DNA from: Patellaria atrata CBS 101060
Lineage: Eukaryota
Reading direction: 5' to 3'
DNA length: 64,000 bases
Assembly (NCBI GenBank): GCA_010093705.1
Contig: MU006096.1
Coordinates: forward strand, 1,014,004 to 1,078,003
Positions 50,942 to 62,234 of this stretch are shown in pieces. Every line of letters starts with the position of its first letter. Positions within the stretch are counted from its first letter, which is position 1. Below the pieces are notes generated by a model. That model did not search any database, was not told where the DNA came from, and was given only the letters and a program-made list of their open reading frames with translations. A program made the position numbers and the translations under genes.

Positions 50942-51300
50942 CATTCGAACCTGGATATAACGATAGCGCAGTTACGCACTAAAAATATCGTTATTTCGAG
51001 CTAATCGTAATATCTAGTTTGATATACGGACTAAATTTAGTATAACTTAGTCTTAAAAGAGTAAAATTATTAAGGTAAGCTTAGTAAAAGGGTTATTTAA
51101 GGGGTTCTTAGGTACTATATAAGCTACCTCTTATATAAAAATCTTACCTAGTTATAACGATATTAGTATAGCGTACCCTCCGACATCGTAGGAATCCAGG
51201 TCATCGTTACGGCTATATGGAAAACGGGGTTTCGCACATAATAGATCGTTATACCTAGGTTATCGTTATATCTACGTATCATACTATTCAGGTTCGACTG
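50942..51300. mobile_element. Non-autonomous Tc1/mariner-pogo-type MITE, 359 bp, degenerate
   Basis: Left end cattcgaacctggatataacgata versus reverse complement of the right end cagtcgaacctgaatagtatgata (imperfect ~24 bp TIR). TA follows the right TIR. Internal ATCGTTATA/TATAACGAT subrepeats. Interior is AT- and TpA-rich with no ORF. Confidence 0.75.
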
Positions 51301-51395
51301 TAGCTATTAGGACTCACAGATGGTATGGACTATTTAGCGATGTTCAAGCGGTCCTCGTCCGGGTCCTATCCATCTCTCCACCCCTGATTTCGAGT

Positions 51396-52070
51396 CTAAA
51401 ACGGCTTATCCAACACACTCTCATTACCCCCCTTCTTCTGCTCCTCCAGAGCCTGAATCTGTTCCCTATCGGCCCTAAAATTGATCAACGCATTCTCGAT
51501 CCGCTTCCGACTCTCCGGATCTCGTTTAATCAGCCTTGACGAGCTCACCGATCCAGCTAGTATGCCCATCTCTCCGCCTACCAAAAAACCGCCCAGCCCA
51601 ATGGAGAGATTGGACGGCAAGTCGTCGATGTGGGAGGGGTAAAGATGGGGTGCAAAGTCTGGTACGGGTTCTAAGGGGGATTTAAATAACGGAAAACATG
51701 GAGCGAGGTGATAGGGGGAACGGACCAGTCCTCTGGTCGGCAAACTTGAGATTCGTAGGTTTGTCCGCCGCTCGGAGAGAAGGGAGAAATTGTTTTCCGG
51801 GTGCGCGCAGACGGAAGACGGGGAAGAGGCAGAGCCCCATGCCTAGAACGCAGCCAATTCTTACGTGGGTGGAGAACTTGGAGGCGGCGGCCTTGAGGGT
51901 GTCGCTGTCGGATTCTTGGAGACTGTTTGATGTATTAGTAATCTAGTTTGGGAGACTCTACATCGGGACTCCGCATACTCATACTTGAAGTGCTCTTCAG
52001 CAAGAGCTTGGAGATCGTCGTATGCGTCCTTACGCATCTTACGCAGCATCGCGGAGGAATCGGCGGCCAT
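51396..52070 (-). CDS. Conserved fungal hypothetical membrane protein (3 exons)
   Basis: Spliced frame is intact: MAADSSAMLRKMRKDAYDDLQALAEEHFKYD|LQESDSDTLKAAASKFSTH...ADKPTNLKFADQRTE|PVPDFAPHL...GGFLVGGEMGILAGSVSSSRLIKRDPESRKRIENALINFRAD...KPF*. Confidence 0.7.
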
Positions 52071-52548
52071 TATAGTTGTGGTGATTCAATTGCCTGTGTC
52101 GTCCGGTTGATAAGAAGCTCTAACAGAAGGATTAAGTCTACCTATTCAGCAATAAGACTCCTAGTAGAGAGAGATAAGATGATGGAAAGTTGCCCATTTT
52201 CCACGAATTATCTTGTGTAAATCGGAATGCACGCTCGACAACGTCACCTCATCCCTTACGTCCAAATCCCCGCCAAGCACAGCCGTGACAGTTTCATTAC
52301 AAGTTTACCTTACATCATCATTGAACACCATATGAACTAATATGGACATTAGATACAAGGGAGGTTACGTGGAATGACACGAGCTATTTGACGGTATTGT
52401 GCAGTATAACTCTTAAGCTGACTCTAGAAAATCAATCCTCGTACATCCATGGATGTTTACAAACATTCGTCGTTCCCCCACCTCGACTATTCATTATGCA
52501 AAGCCCAAAATGGAACTGGAATAATTCATTCTCGGTGCAAGTATTAGG

Positions 52549-52962
52549 TTACAATGCTCCCAATACAGCTGCCAGAAATCCAACTAGTCCAGCCCCTGCT
52601 CCCGCCCCTATACCTCCGACTTCTCCGTATTGTAGCACTGCAGCTCCTGAGCTCGTCGGAAGGGCGTCTGTAATTTGTATCGCATCAGTGGTATCGATGT
52701 CTTCCGTATTGGTCGGGTCCAGCACGCTATTTGCAGTTGAAAGTAGATCAGACAATGTTTCGATCACTGGATTTGAGATGACAGCGGTTGTGCTCTCGGA
52801 TGTGACCGTGATAGAGGGTGTCTGAGTTGCTTCAGAAAGAAAAGACCCAATCGCGGAGGTAGCATCGGATACGATTTCTGTTGGGTTGAATGGACTGTCT
52901 GTGGGATCCTGTCCGGAGACAAGAAAAGGGAGAATGAGGATTGGTAGATATGTTGGTCTCAT
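52549..52962 (-). CDS. Small Ser/Thr-rich secreted, probably GPI-anchored protein (137 aa)
   Basis: Signal MRPTYLPILILPFLVSG, S/T/D-rich body, omega-like TSSGAA, hydrophobic tail AGAGAGLVGFLAAVLGAL*. Confidence 0.72.
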   Translation of the reverse strand: MRPTYLPILILPFLVSGQDPTDSPFNPTEIVSDATSAIGSFLSEATQTPSITVTSESTTAVISNPVIETLSDLLSTANSVLDPTNTEDIDTTDAIQITDALPTSSGAAVLQYGEVGGIGAGAGAGLVGFLAAVLGAL

Positions 52963-54303
52963 TGTGAGTGTTCGCAGATAGTAAATGACTTGTAATTTAG
53001 AAATGTATTTGCTCTTCTGTGAAACGTTTCCAACAGAATTTCGGAAGAAGATGTATGGAATTGGGGAATTGGAGCAGCAGAAATTTCGTAGCTGTCGAAA
53101 AGCTACCCTCAGCTTTTCTTTTATAATACCAAAGAAGAAATCATCAACAATAGTCTCTACGTCAAAGACAAGACACAAGCTCTCGAGGTAAGAGCAATAG
53201 CTTCTATGCATCACACCCTCATCATGCAACTTAACCTACCACAGCCGTGGACCTACCAAACCGGCAATGAAAGATGCGTTCCTGGGACATGTTTCTTTCT
53301 TGGCTTCTGTTCCAGAACGGAGCAAGACCGCCCAAAGAGTCAGAGTTGGGGCATTCTATCAGTGATCTGCTACTTAAAGCAGCGTTTCTGATATCTGGCG
53401 TTATGCACGTGCATACTAACCTTGTATGTGATTCGTTCATGTTATGAACCTTTTGGATTTCTGGGAGAGGTTGATACACGCCTTGTTCTCTTGGCGGAGT
53501 ACTTGGCCAAAAGTGATGCCGATGGAGGTCCAAGGAAACTTTAGGAGCACGAGGAGATACCTAACGCTGAAGTACAGTAATATCAATATTCGTTCCTCCC
53601 TGTCAAAGCTGTCTCAGGAACCCCTTGGACCGAAGGGACGTTCCCAGGTGGGCAGTTATCCCAGAGAAATAGAGTATTTCGGTATGGTAGCCACATACTC
53701 CGTACTCTGTACCAGTGCTGACGGAGGTGGTCATCAAATCCGAAGGCGATACGAGAGTCCACATGCATGACGATCGAAGTTTCATTTTACTGAAGGTTGA
53801 AGAATCAGGCAATGATGCCCTTGGAATGGAAAGAAAGGAGATCGACAACATTGTGAGGTTGGACTGAATAATGGACTCAAGGACTGTTCTGGTGGATTGA
53901 GGAGTTTGTTCAGTCCGCCAAGCATGTTTCTGCTTTCGGCCTAGTTCAAGTCTGGAAACTACCTTAGTTCTACCTTACAGTACTCGCGAAGTCGCGACTC
54001 TAATCTTTCTTGTTACCTTGCGCGTTATCAAACCCAAATATCCTGTGGAAATAGTTTTACCTATACGAATTGATTGGCTTGAAATATCGACTTCTCGCGA
54101 ACTGTACTCCTGAAGATTTCAAAGCTCATATTGTACAGACTTCTGCTCGTCGCAAATTACCCTATCAGAAACTTCTTAGGTCATAATAAAGATACATCTA
54201 AAATGCTACTATCATCAATAGGGGTGTTTCATCTTGAGAGACTTTAACGGCTCTTATGGTGAACAGAGTCGTTCTTTCGCCCTAGCCATTTCCCTTGCGA
54301 ATT

Positions 54304-57300
54304 ATGTCTAAGAATAACGATGATAGCTTTAAGAAACATGTACAAAAAGTCTGCACGCTTAGAACGCACGATGACGCTTTTTCAAAAGATGATGTTATTG
54401 TCAACATTGAAAGATTCCCCGAACTTAATTTATCAGTCGGATCGTTGGCGAAGATTTTAGCAATAAAAAAGACTACTCAGGTCCATGATTTTCACAGAGA
54501 TCCATCGAATCAACATGAAGATGGAAGTGGAGCAGATGGATCGGCGAAGACATCTCGGCGTCGACAAAGGGCCGCTCCAGTAACGGTGACCTTAGATGAA
54601 ACTGGTTCAACCATCGCTGGGGGACGGGAGGTGGACCTCCAGAAATGCTATGTTCTTGTGGTCAAAGGTGCTTCTCAAGAGCAAAAAGCTAAGCTATCTC
54701 ACCTACAAGTTTCAATTCACAAGTCAATAGCGGACATTTTTGGCTTTCGTAATCAGATGCAAGTCGTACTTTCCACCGCCGACGAGGAGTCACATTCAGC
54801 ATCCCATGTGGAAATCACATTTCGAGAGGGCTACCTTTCCAGAGCGGATATGTGGCGGTTAACACTATCAGAACTCAGTCAAAAGAGCGTATATAAGGGT
54901 CAAAAAATACTCTTCTTGGGCACTGTCAGAGGAATTGTGAAAAATGTCTACGTTAACGAGCAATCCACTAGAACTGCGTATTTTTCCTCCTCATCGAAAC
55001 CGATTTTCCGGAGCGAGTCAGCGCGATACGTCCTATTCATTCAAATGTCAAAGGAGATGTGGGATTTTGACAGTGAAGGATCAGGAGAGATCATGTTTAA
55101 TAAAGTTATCAACGGCTTTCTTCCAGAACTCTTCAAGAGATGGATGAAAATAAACGCACGGCATCTAGTTACTATCATTTTATTTAGCCGCCTGGAGTAT
55201 GAAGTGCCAGCGCAGCTAGATCAAATGGGATCAGAAATAAATAATCCTAATGAGGACTTGCCGAGCAACAACACCGCAACCGAAACGCGTGACTTCTACC
55301 GTGTCGTCGTCAGCGAAATGGCAAGCGGAGATTGGATTAACATATTATATCAACTTAAGAAAGAATTCAAAACCTTCCTACGCGATGTTTCGCTGGTTTC
55401 ATTTGAGGATATTCGTCTTCAGCAGCTTGACCAGGATAATTCGGACCATGAGGAAAGACCCCCCGTTGTCATTGCGGGAAAACCTACAAGATCATTCAAT
55501 GGCAATGTTTTGGAAGCAATCAATCTTGCTGCAACACAATTCTCCGAGGATTACATAGATCGCGACTTGATTCGTACTGGGATCTCAATCATTGTTATTT
55601 CACCCGGATCTGGCCTTTTCGAGGTCGACTATAACATGTTGAAATTGACCACTGATACGCTTGTGGGTACAGGGATCGGCATCGATCTCGTTTGCCTTTC
55701 GCCCATGCCATTACATTCTGTACCATTATTCAAGTACCGTAGCCCAGTTTTAGTAAAACCCATACGTTCAGAAAATGCACCTTTGGAAAAGAAATACTCT
55801 GTACCTCATTTTCGCTCAAAAGGGCTAGAGCACAGCAAAAGACTCGATCTAGACCGACTTCTAAAAAGCGAAGAGCGTCAACGTCATGGTTTACCCCCTT
55901 TGGTTGATATAGAACCTGGGGAATGGGGATATGCAATCCCCCATTGGCTTGACATATCATTCTGGTCAGGTCCAATTGACGAGAGTTTTGACTCGTCTCG
56001 GGGGAAACAGACACTCAAGGTCGCTAATAAGCGTCGTCAAACCCATTTCAATAATTTTGACCTCCGTTGTCGAATGTATGAGCTGCAGATGATGGGTATA
56101 ACGGATATTTTCAGCGGTATTGATTATTTAGGCCTGCTTTCGGATGAGGTTGGAGAATATCCAGGTTTACCGACTGGTTTCTGGCGTCGCCCATTCCAGG
56201 ATAGAAAGCAACGTCAGTATTTAACAGAGGAAAATGAGCCATATGGAGATATGACCCCCTTACGCTTAGCGTTGAGTGATGAGGAAGAAATCACTAGTGG
56301 GGAGGAAGACCGATTGAAACCTTTGAGAACTACACAACTATCGCTGAAAGGTTGGATGGAGGATTATGACCGCAGGACGTTCCAGAAATTGACGGACAAA
56401 GAGCGACCCCGTCAGCTCCTTCACGTAACGAGTAGAAAGCGACTGGAAGCAAACTCTACAAAAAAGGATAGCACACATCTGAGTCAAGACGACGAAGATC
56501 AAAGCTCTTCAAAGGTCAAATCGGCCCTAGAATTGACTCGTACCTATGATAGTCAGTCGAATAGAGCTGGCCGCTCGAATAACGGTAGCCGCAGAGCTTC
56601 GGTTGTTCCTCAGGCGGTGGGCGTAGGAGAGAAGACTATCGAACACAAGGGACATAGGAACTCATCGATTACTCCTCTTCGGGCAACAAGGCCAGGAAAT
56701 CATCAACAACGCGTTGTTTCTGACTTCGAACAACGGCATAAATACGCAAACATGTCCGAGCCCCAGGTGACTCATAGTATTAGTCCACATCTTAGGTCAG
56801 ATAACTTAGGTTACGGAAGAGGTCACAATGATGGGGCTTATAATCCAGCATATGCGCGTAGCATGTATAGTTCTTCCCCTTCATCTCAAACCGGTGTTAA
56901 GAGTGGAAAGTCCGAGGTTTCAGCGGCGTCCAAAGATGATGCTGTGAAGAATGAGACCGAACAGCGTCGTCCCGTCAAATCTTTCACCAGGTATTTAAGC
57001 TTCGAAAACTGGGGTTTCGGGGCGAGGACGGACACTGCAAGTACGGCTACGGCCATGGGCGAGCATGCTCAAGCGGCTCCAAAGTCTGAAGAGCCTTTAA
57101 AGAGGATCTCGAGTGTTGGAAGACAAGACGCTCCCGATGCCGCGTCCACTCTTGGTGCCCTACTTGGTCGAAAAGCTCCCCAACGATTTCAGTCTACATC
57201 TACCATCGACACAAGTAGCGCAAGGGATGTCACTGATGATTCAGGTCGACGTACTCAACCTATTACCATAAAAGCTAGTAATGTATTTATGAACCCCGAT

Positions 57301-60060
57301 GAATCTGAGAAGGCACTCATTGCAAGTGGCTCAGGAGATACCGTAAAAGAAACCCGAATCGTGCATACTCATGAACCTCTTCCTGGAGGACAACCCTCAA
57401 GTGCGGGTAATGCTGGATTATTCATTTATTCTGGCTCAAAGGAACTTCGAAGACGTGTCGGCCCAAAACCACTTGATCTTGAGTTTACGAAGGCAAAGCA
57501 AGAGCATCCCGACGTTATATCTCCGACGAGTGCTTTGGCACCTTGGCTAGTTCTCGTGAATCCGTGTAACCCCAAGAAAAATCATGTTCTTGTAAACAGC
57601 CAGTTTCGCCGATGGCAACATGTATTTCCTCGACCTCTGCGCACATCTTCTATCAAGTGGAAATCACTATGCTCTCCCGCCTCTGTACCCCTGACTAATG
57701 AATATTTCCCTTCGCCGGACCAACTTGCAGAAGAGTACCAAGAACGACCTTACAAAATTGCCCAAAATGATGAAGATGATAACAGCGATATACCCAAGAG
57801 CAGAAAAGCTTTGATAAGAGAGCTTGTAGCTCATCGCCTTTCTCATGGTTTCCAAGTCATCGTGGGTCAGCTTGTTGCAACCTATTCGGGGGCTCAACCT
57901 ATTGATACCATGACACTATTCAAATCGGATTTCATGTCCCAGGACGGTGATCGAGTATTCATGTGCGTCGGCCATACGATCCACCAATTAGTCTGCGCTC
58001 CAGAAGGCGGGATTGAAGTGCGACGGTTCAGTCGAAAGCCAACTGTGGCTCTAGAATCCCGCGCTGGAGTCGACTCACCCCTTGAATACACGCCATTTAT
58101 TCGCACAGCCCTTGAACTAGATTATCGACCCCGTAAAGTTACACTTAAACCTCCTGGAGATGATTACAACTGGAATTATATCGATAACTTCCTAGCTGGA
58201 TACTACGAAGATTTTTCAGATTCACTGCGGTTTTGGCGCGCTCGCTTCGTTCTGATACCTGTTGAACTAAAGACACCCCATCACAATCGTCGTCTACTGC
58301 CGTCAGTAATTGAAGACTCGGAGGAGGAAATGAGACTCGAGGGTATCAGGAAGCTGACTCAAGTATGGCAAAGAAACAGATACATACCTCCTGAGGAAAG
58401 AGCTCACCAATCCCGTGCACGCAAGCGCAAGATTGATACAAACCCACTTGCGATCGAGTATCAAACAAGAGATCCATCCGTCATTATTGCCGCGGGTCCG
58501 GATAACCCCATGCTAGCTGAGGGAGAACAAAGGGGATATGTCACTCAAATCTTTGCGGATTCTGAGCTGTATCATAGATCAAGTATCGATCTGCACAAGC
58601 TAGCACAGGACTTGCAAGGTGAAAAGGGCATTCCAATGGGAGACAGAAGATGGCACCTTCGATTGCATTACAACTGTTTTACGGGATTTGACTTGACGAC
58701 CTGGCTATTGCAGAATTTCAGTGACGTCGATGACCGGGACGAAGCTGTGGAGTTAGGTAATGACCTAATGAAACGGGGACTGTTCCAACATGTGTCTAGG
58801 AAACATCAATTCCGAGATGGGCATTTCTTGTATCAAATCACGAGCGAATACCGCCCCGATGCTAGAATCGGATGGTTTCCGAGGCGTGCGGACCGCTCCG
58901 TGCCTTCAACTCCGTACTCAGACCTGGATAAAGGAGGTGCTGGCCGGAAGCACTCTCGCCCAAGTACTGATAGCGATAATGAAAGGACGCCTACGAAAGA
59001 AGAGGCTCCAAGACGCAAAGTCAAGCTCAGTCATGTTATGCGCTACGATGTTGATCCACGTAAGAAGTCGTATCGTTCAGAGATCATCAATCTACATTAT
59101 GATAGGTTGCATAACCCGGATAATTGTTACCACATTCGCATAGATTGGATGAATGTCACAGCTAAGTTTATTGAGGATGCCATCCAGTCCTGGTCTTCCA
59201 CCGTTGAGAGATACGGATTGAAACTTGTCGAGCTTCCAATCGCTGAAGCTTCAAGTATATCAGAAGGACATCCTTTCAGGGCGCCGTATATCGTTAAACT
59301 TGCTGTTCAGCCCCCAGCACAACAGCCAGCACATTTCTTCGATACAACCTCCTTCACCCCTCTACCTCTCCAGGACAAGTTCTTCTATAACAAGGCTTTG
59401 CTTAGGAAGCTTAACTTTGTCCTTGACATTGAATCAGCTGCAAGTTTTCCACCGAACGTTGACGTGAAATACTCCTGGGGTAAGCCAGACTACAAGTACA
59501 CACAGTATATCCATAAATCGGGGGTGCTCCTAGTCCAGATAACTGATGAAGGCCATTTTCTACTTACTGCAAACAGACTTGCGAATACTCGTACGTCTAA
59601 AGATCCAAACAGGTTCAACCTCACCGAACACAGTGATCGCTGGTCTGCTGGACCCGCGCATGGTACGCATAGTGGACGAAATTCAGATCGAACTTCGCCG
59701 TACAATTCGCCGCTAGTGCGAGCGATCCCAGAGAACTATCCTGTTCCACCCAGGCATTGGAGAATGGATAGATCGCGTTTGACCCCAGAACAGCTTAAAG
59801 ATGATATGGAAGCGTTCTGTTCTGATGAGGCCGCGCTTAGATCTTTCTACGATGAAGTATTCAAGCCAAAAGCTTCTCCGAGTCCTAACGTCACACCGAT
59901 CCTAGATTCTCAGATTCCAGCGCTTGGGCTGCCTCCGAGCATTACTGTTAGGGACACATCACCATCACCAAGGTTAGGAGCTCCAATGATATCATCCGAC
60001 TCCGCCGCCTATAGGAAGAGATACTCAATGGCTGATATTCACGAGCTGAGGCATCCGTAG
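54304..60060 (+). CDS. IML1: GATOR1/SEACIT subunit Iml1 (DEPDC5 orthologue)
   Basis: About 1918 aa intronless ORF: YLSRADMW, PIFRSESARYVLFIQMSKEMWDF, GNVLEAINLA, DRDLIRTG, GIDLVCLSPMPLHSVPLF, RRWQHVFP, KWKSLCSPASVPLT, DEP domain DRRWHLRLHYNCFTG...FRDGHFLY. Confidence 0.96.
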   Translation: MSKNNDDSFKKHVQKVCTLRTHDDAFSKDDVIVNIERFPELNLSVGSLAKILAIKKTTQVHDFHRDPSNQHEDGSGADGSAKTSRRRQRAAPVTVTLDETGSTIAGGREVDLQKCYVLVVKGASQEQKAKLSHLQVSIHKSIADIFGFRNQMQVVLSTADEESHSASHVEITFREGYLSRADMWRLTLSELSQKSVYKGQKILFLGTVRGIVKNVYVNEQSTRTAYFSSSSKPIFRSESARYVLFIQMSKEMWDFDSEGSGEIMFNKVINGFLPELFKRWMKINARHLVTIILFSRLEYEVPAQLDQMGSEINNPNEDLPSNNTATETRDFYRVVVSEMASGDWINILYQLKKEFKTFLRDVSLVSFEDIRLQQLDQDNSDHEERPPVVIAGKPTRSFNGNVLEAINLAATQFSEDYIDRDLIRTGISIIVISPGSGLFEVDYNMLKLTTDTLVGTGIGIDLVCLSPMPLHSVPLFKYRSPVLVKPIRSENAPLEKKYSVPHFRSKGLEHSKRLDLDRLLKSEERQRHGLPPLVDIEPGEWGYAIPHWLDISFWSGPIDESFDSSRGKQTLKVANKRRQTHFNNFDLRCRMYELQMMGITDIFSGIDYLGLLSDEVGEYPGLPTGFWRRPFQDRKQRQYLTEENEPYGDMTPLRLALSDEEEITSGEEDRLKPLRTTQLSLKGWMEDYDRRTFQKLTDKERPRQLLHVTSRKRLEANSTKKDSTHLSQDDEDQSSSKVKSALELTRTYDSQSNRAGRSNNGSRRASVVPQAVGVGEKTIEHKGHRNSSITPLRATRPGNHQQRVVSDFEQRHKYANMSEPQVTHSISPHLRSDNLGYGRGHNDGAYNPAYARSMYSSSPSSQTGVKSGKSEVSAASKDDAVKNETEQRRPVKSFTRYLSFENWGFGARTDTASTATAMGEHAQAAPKSEEPLKRISSVGRQDAPDAASTLGALLGRKAPQRFQSTSTIDTSSARDVTDDSGRRTQPITIKASNVFMNPDESEKALIASGSGDTVKETRIVHTHEPLPGGQPSSAGNAGLFIYSGSKELRRRVGPKPLDLEFTKAKQEHPDVISPTSALAPWLVLVNPCNPKKNHVLVNSQFRRWQHVFPRPLRTSSIKWKSLCSPASVPLTNEYFPSPDQLAEEYQERPYKIAQNDEDDNSDIPKSRKALIRELVAHRLSHGFQVIVGQLVATYSGAQPIDTMTLFKSDFMSQDGDRVFMCVGHTIHQLVCAPEGGIEVRRFSRKPTVALESRAGVDSPLEYTPFIRTALELDYRPRKVTLKPPGDDYNWNYIDNFLAGYYEDFSDSLRFWRARFVLIPVELKTPHHNRRLLPSVIEDSEEEMRLEGIRKLTQVWQRNRYIPPEERAHQSRARKRKIDTNPLAIEYQTRDPSVIIAAGPDNPMLAEGEQRGYVTQIFADSELYHRSSIDLHKLAQDLQGEKGIPMGDRRWHLRLHYNCFTGFDLTTWLLQNFSDVDDRDEAVELGNDLMKRGLFQHVSRKHQFRDGHFLYQITSEYRPDARIGWFPRRADRSVPSTPYSDLDKGGAGRKHSRPSTDSDNERTPTKEEAPRRKVKLSHVMRYDVDPRKKSYRSEIINLHYDRLHNPDNCYHIRIDWMNVTAKFIEDAIQSWSSTVERYGLKLVELPIAEASSISEGHPFRAPYIVKLAVQPPAQQPAHFFDTTSFTPLPLQDKFFYNKALLRKLNFVLDIESAASFPPNVDVKYSWGKPDYKYTQYIHKSGVLLVQITDEGHFLLTANRLANTRTSKDPNRFNLTEHSDRWSAGPAHGTHSGRNSDRTSPYNSPLVRAIPENYPVPPRHWRMDRSRLTPEQLKDDMEAFCSDEAALRSFYDEVFKPKASPSPNVTPILDSQIPALGLPPSITVRDTSPSPRLGAPMISSDSAAYRKRYSMADIHELRHP

Positions 60061-62234
60061 AGGAATTATAACCTTCTCACACTTCTCCTGTACTGTACTC
60101 CGTTCATGCCGTGATAAGCGTTTCGCAGGTTGTCGTATGCATTGTTTTCACATATTCACGGATTACAGCCCTGCTCATGTTATCCTAGGAATAGCCAAGC
60201 GGCCGGTATCGGGGTTTTGACTGGTAAAAGGCGTTGAAATGGATTACTGTTGGTGTGGATGGATTCTCGAAAGGATTCCTGTCGAGTGTTGTTATTCGGC
60301 GGATACGCGGGACGACTGGGCCCTAGCGACCCAATCTCTCGGAAATGCTGCGTGATGCGTTGTGCTCATTATGCGGAATTGAGAAATTCGTAGCCGTCAG
60401 TTTTCAGTCATCCATGGTGTTGCAACGGTATGATAGCATCGTGTTTTTCGGCATGCCGTAGAGTTTTCGAAAAGCTTCAGTTCGGACAAATGTATAATAG
60501 CGGAGTTATGGCTGAGACTCGGAGGTACTGTATTTTATCTAGATTACAAGCTTGGATCGATGGATGCCTCACCATATTATCCTCTATGTCACATGCTTCA
60601 TCCTCTCACATCTGCTCGTATCCTTATGGAGAAGTCCGTTTTATACTTTAATTTCTTTCGGCTCCTTTGACGGTCAAATGCAAAGATGATCAAGAGGAGT
60701 ACTATGAGACGAAAGATGCGCCAAAGTTACTACGTCAAGTGCACAAGTGTGCAGATTCGACAGCGTACTGACAGTAGTGGAGTAACAGGAAGTTCGCATG
60801 GCCTTTAACCGGGCTTTTCAACCGTAGAAGTAGCAACAGCAGCGCCGCGCCCAGATTCTGCTCTAGATTGATCAGTTTGAAGATCCGGGGAAATACAGCA
60901 ATATCAGAGAAACCTGGGCAATAGAGCTTCGAGAAGATGGCACGGCAATATATGATCAGATCAATCATGCTGACTTTGTAATATCTTTTGCATAAGTCGC
61001 CGTAGCTAGAACTAGTTCCACTGTACGTATGGACTTCTTCTTTCTATCAACGTTTTTCTCCCCCGTCTGGCGAACTGCCAGAACTCTCGTTGAAAGGGCT
61101 TTGCTAAATGCATGAGGCTTACTCTCCACTACTGTAGAACTAGAGACGCTCCTATCATTGATCGAAAATGAACAACGGTCAGCCCTGCCGATACTGCAGC
61201 TTTGGTTCACATCAGGTGTGATAGCATGATGCAAGTAATGAATTTTCAATCACCACTTCTCTCGTTGAGAAGGAGATCGAACGATCACTACGAATACAGA
61301 ATCCGGACCCGAGGATCTCGAAATGTGCGGCCCTCGGTAACAGAGCCCAAGGGACATAATCTTCCCCGTAGATCAGCGAGGGCATCATCCTGAGTACTTT
61401 ATAAACACTTTGTGAACAGTTAATCAGTGACAAGATCTCCAGAGGCGTGAGAGATAGACGGGAGGATGACGGGAGCTGCCGATAGAAGCGTATATTTCTT
61501 TAGTTCCTTTTTGAAGCTGAAGTATTTTTCTGCTTAGAATAGACAGCTTGGAGGTACTCCGTATGCAGCCACTTCTGGACTTGTATGTGGAAGGATTAAG
61601 GATTTTCTATACCGCACTACATTACTACTCACACTACTGTACTTTTGATCCCGTCACTCTAGATTCCTGATTATTTTCGGCTTGTATGTGTTGAGAATTG
61701 GAGAGCCGTATCGAGATTCGAGAAGCCGAGTCTGAAATTGTAGCAACCAATGAAGGAAAAGGTTTTAGACCGCTTCTTTACCTTGCAACCTCACTTGCCC
61801 ATCCTTGGCTTAGTATAGTTAGCCGTTAGGTAGGTTCCACGACCACAAAAGGCAATCAACCACGCTCTACGCCGACAGCTGCCTTTCACATTTCCTTCAC
61901 CTTTCTGTAACATCACAACAAACCCTCTGCTAGATTTTCACCTTTACCTGCAAATTAATACCATACCCATTTACATAGACACATCTCAAAGGGTCACGTT
62001 AATTGAAAGAAGTCAGGCTACATTACTTTGTGGCCCAAGTTCCTCACCATCATCCGTCCAGTTACTCCGATCACGCTTTTGACTACTTACACGGCCATGT
62101 GCTTTTCATGCTCCTCAATCTCTGTGACGGAGTCTTGGAAACCTGACCTTAATACCCGCATACCTTACAACTCCGAATCTTGTAGCCCTTAAATTTCTAC
62201 CGCACATGGAAACATCTTCCAATAATCCGCGAAG

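Noticed and set aside
60600..61500. Coding-like composition between IML1 and LST4
   Set aside because: All frames examined are broken and no family was recognised; may be an old remnant but is unsupported.
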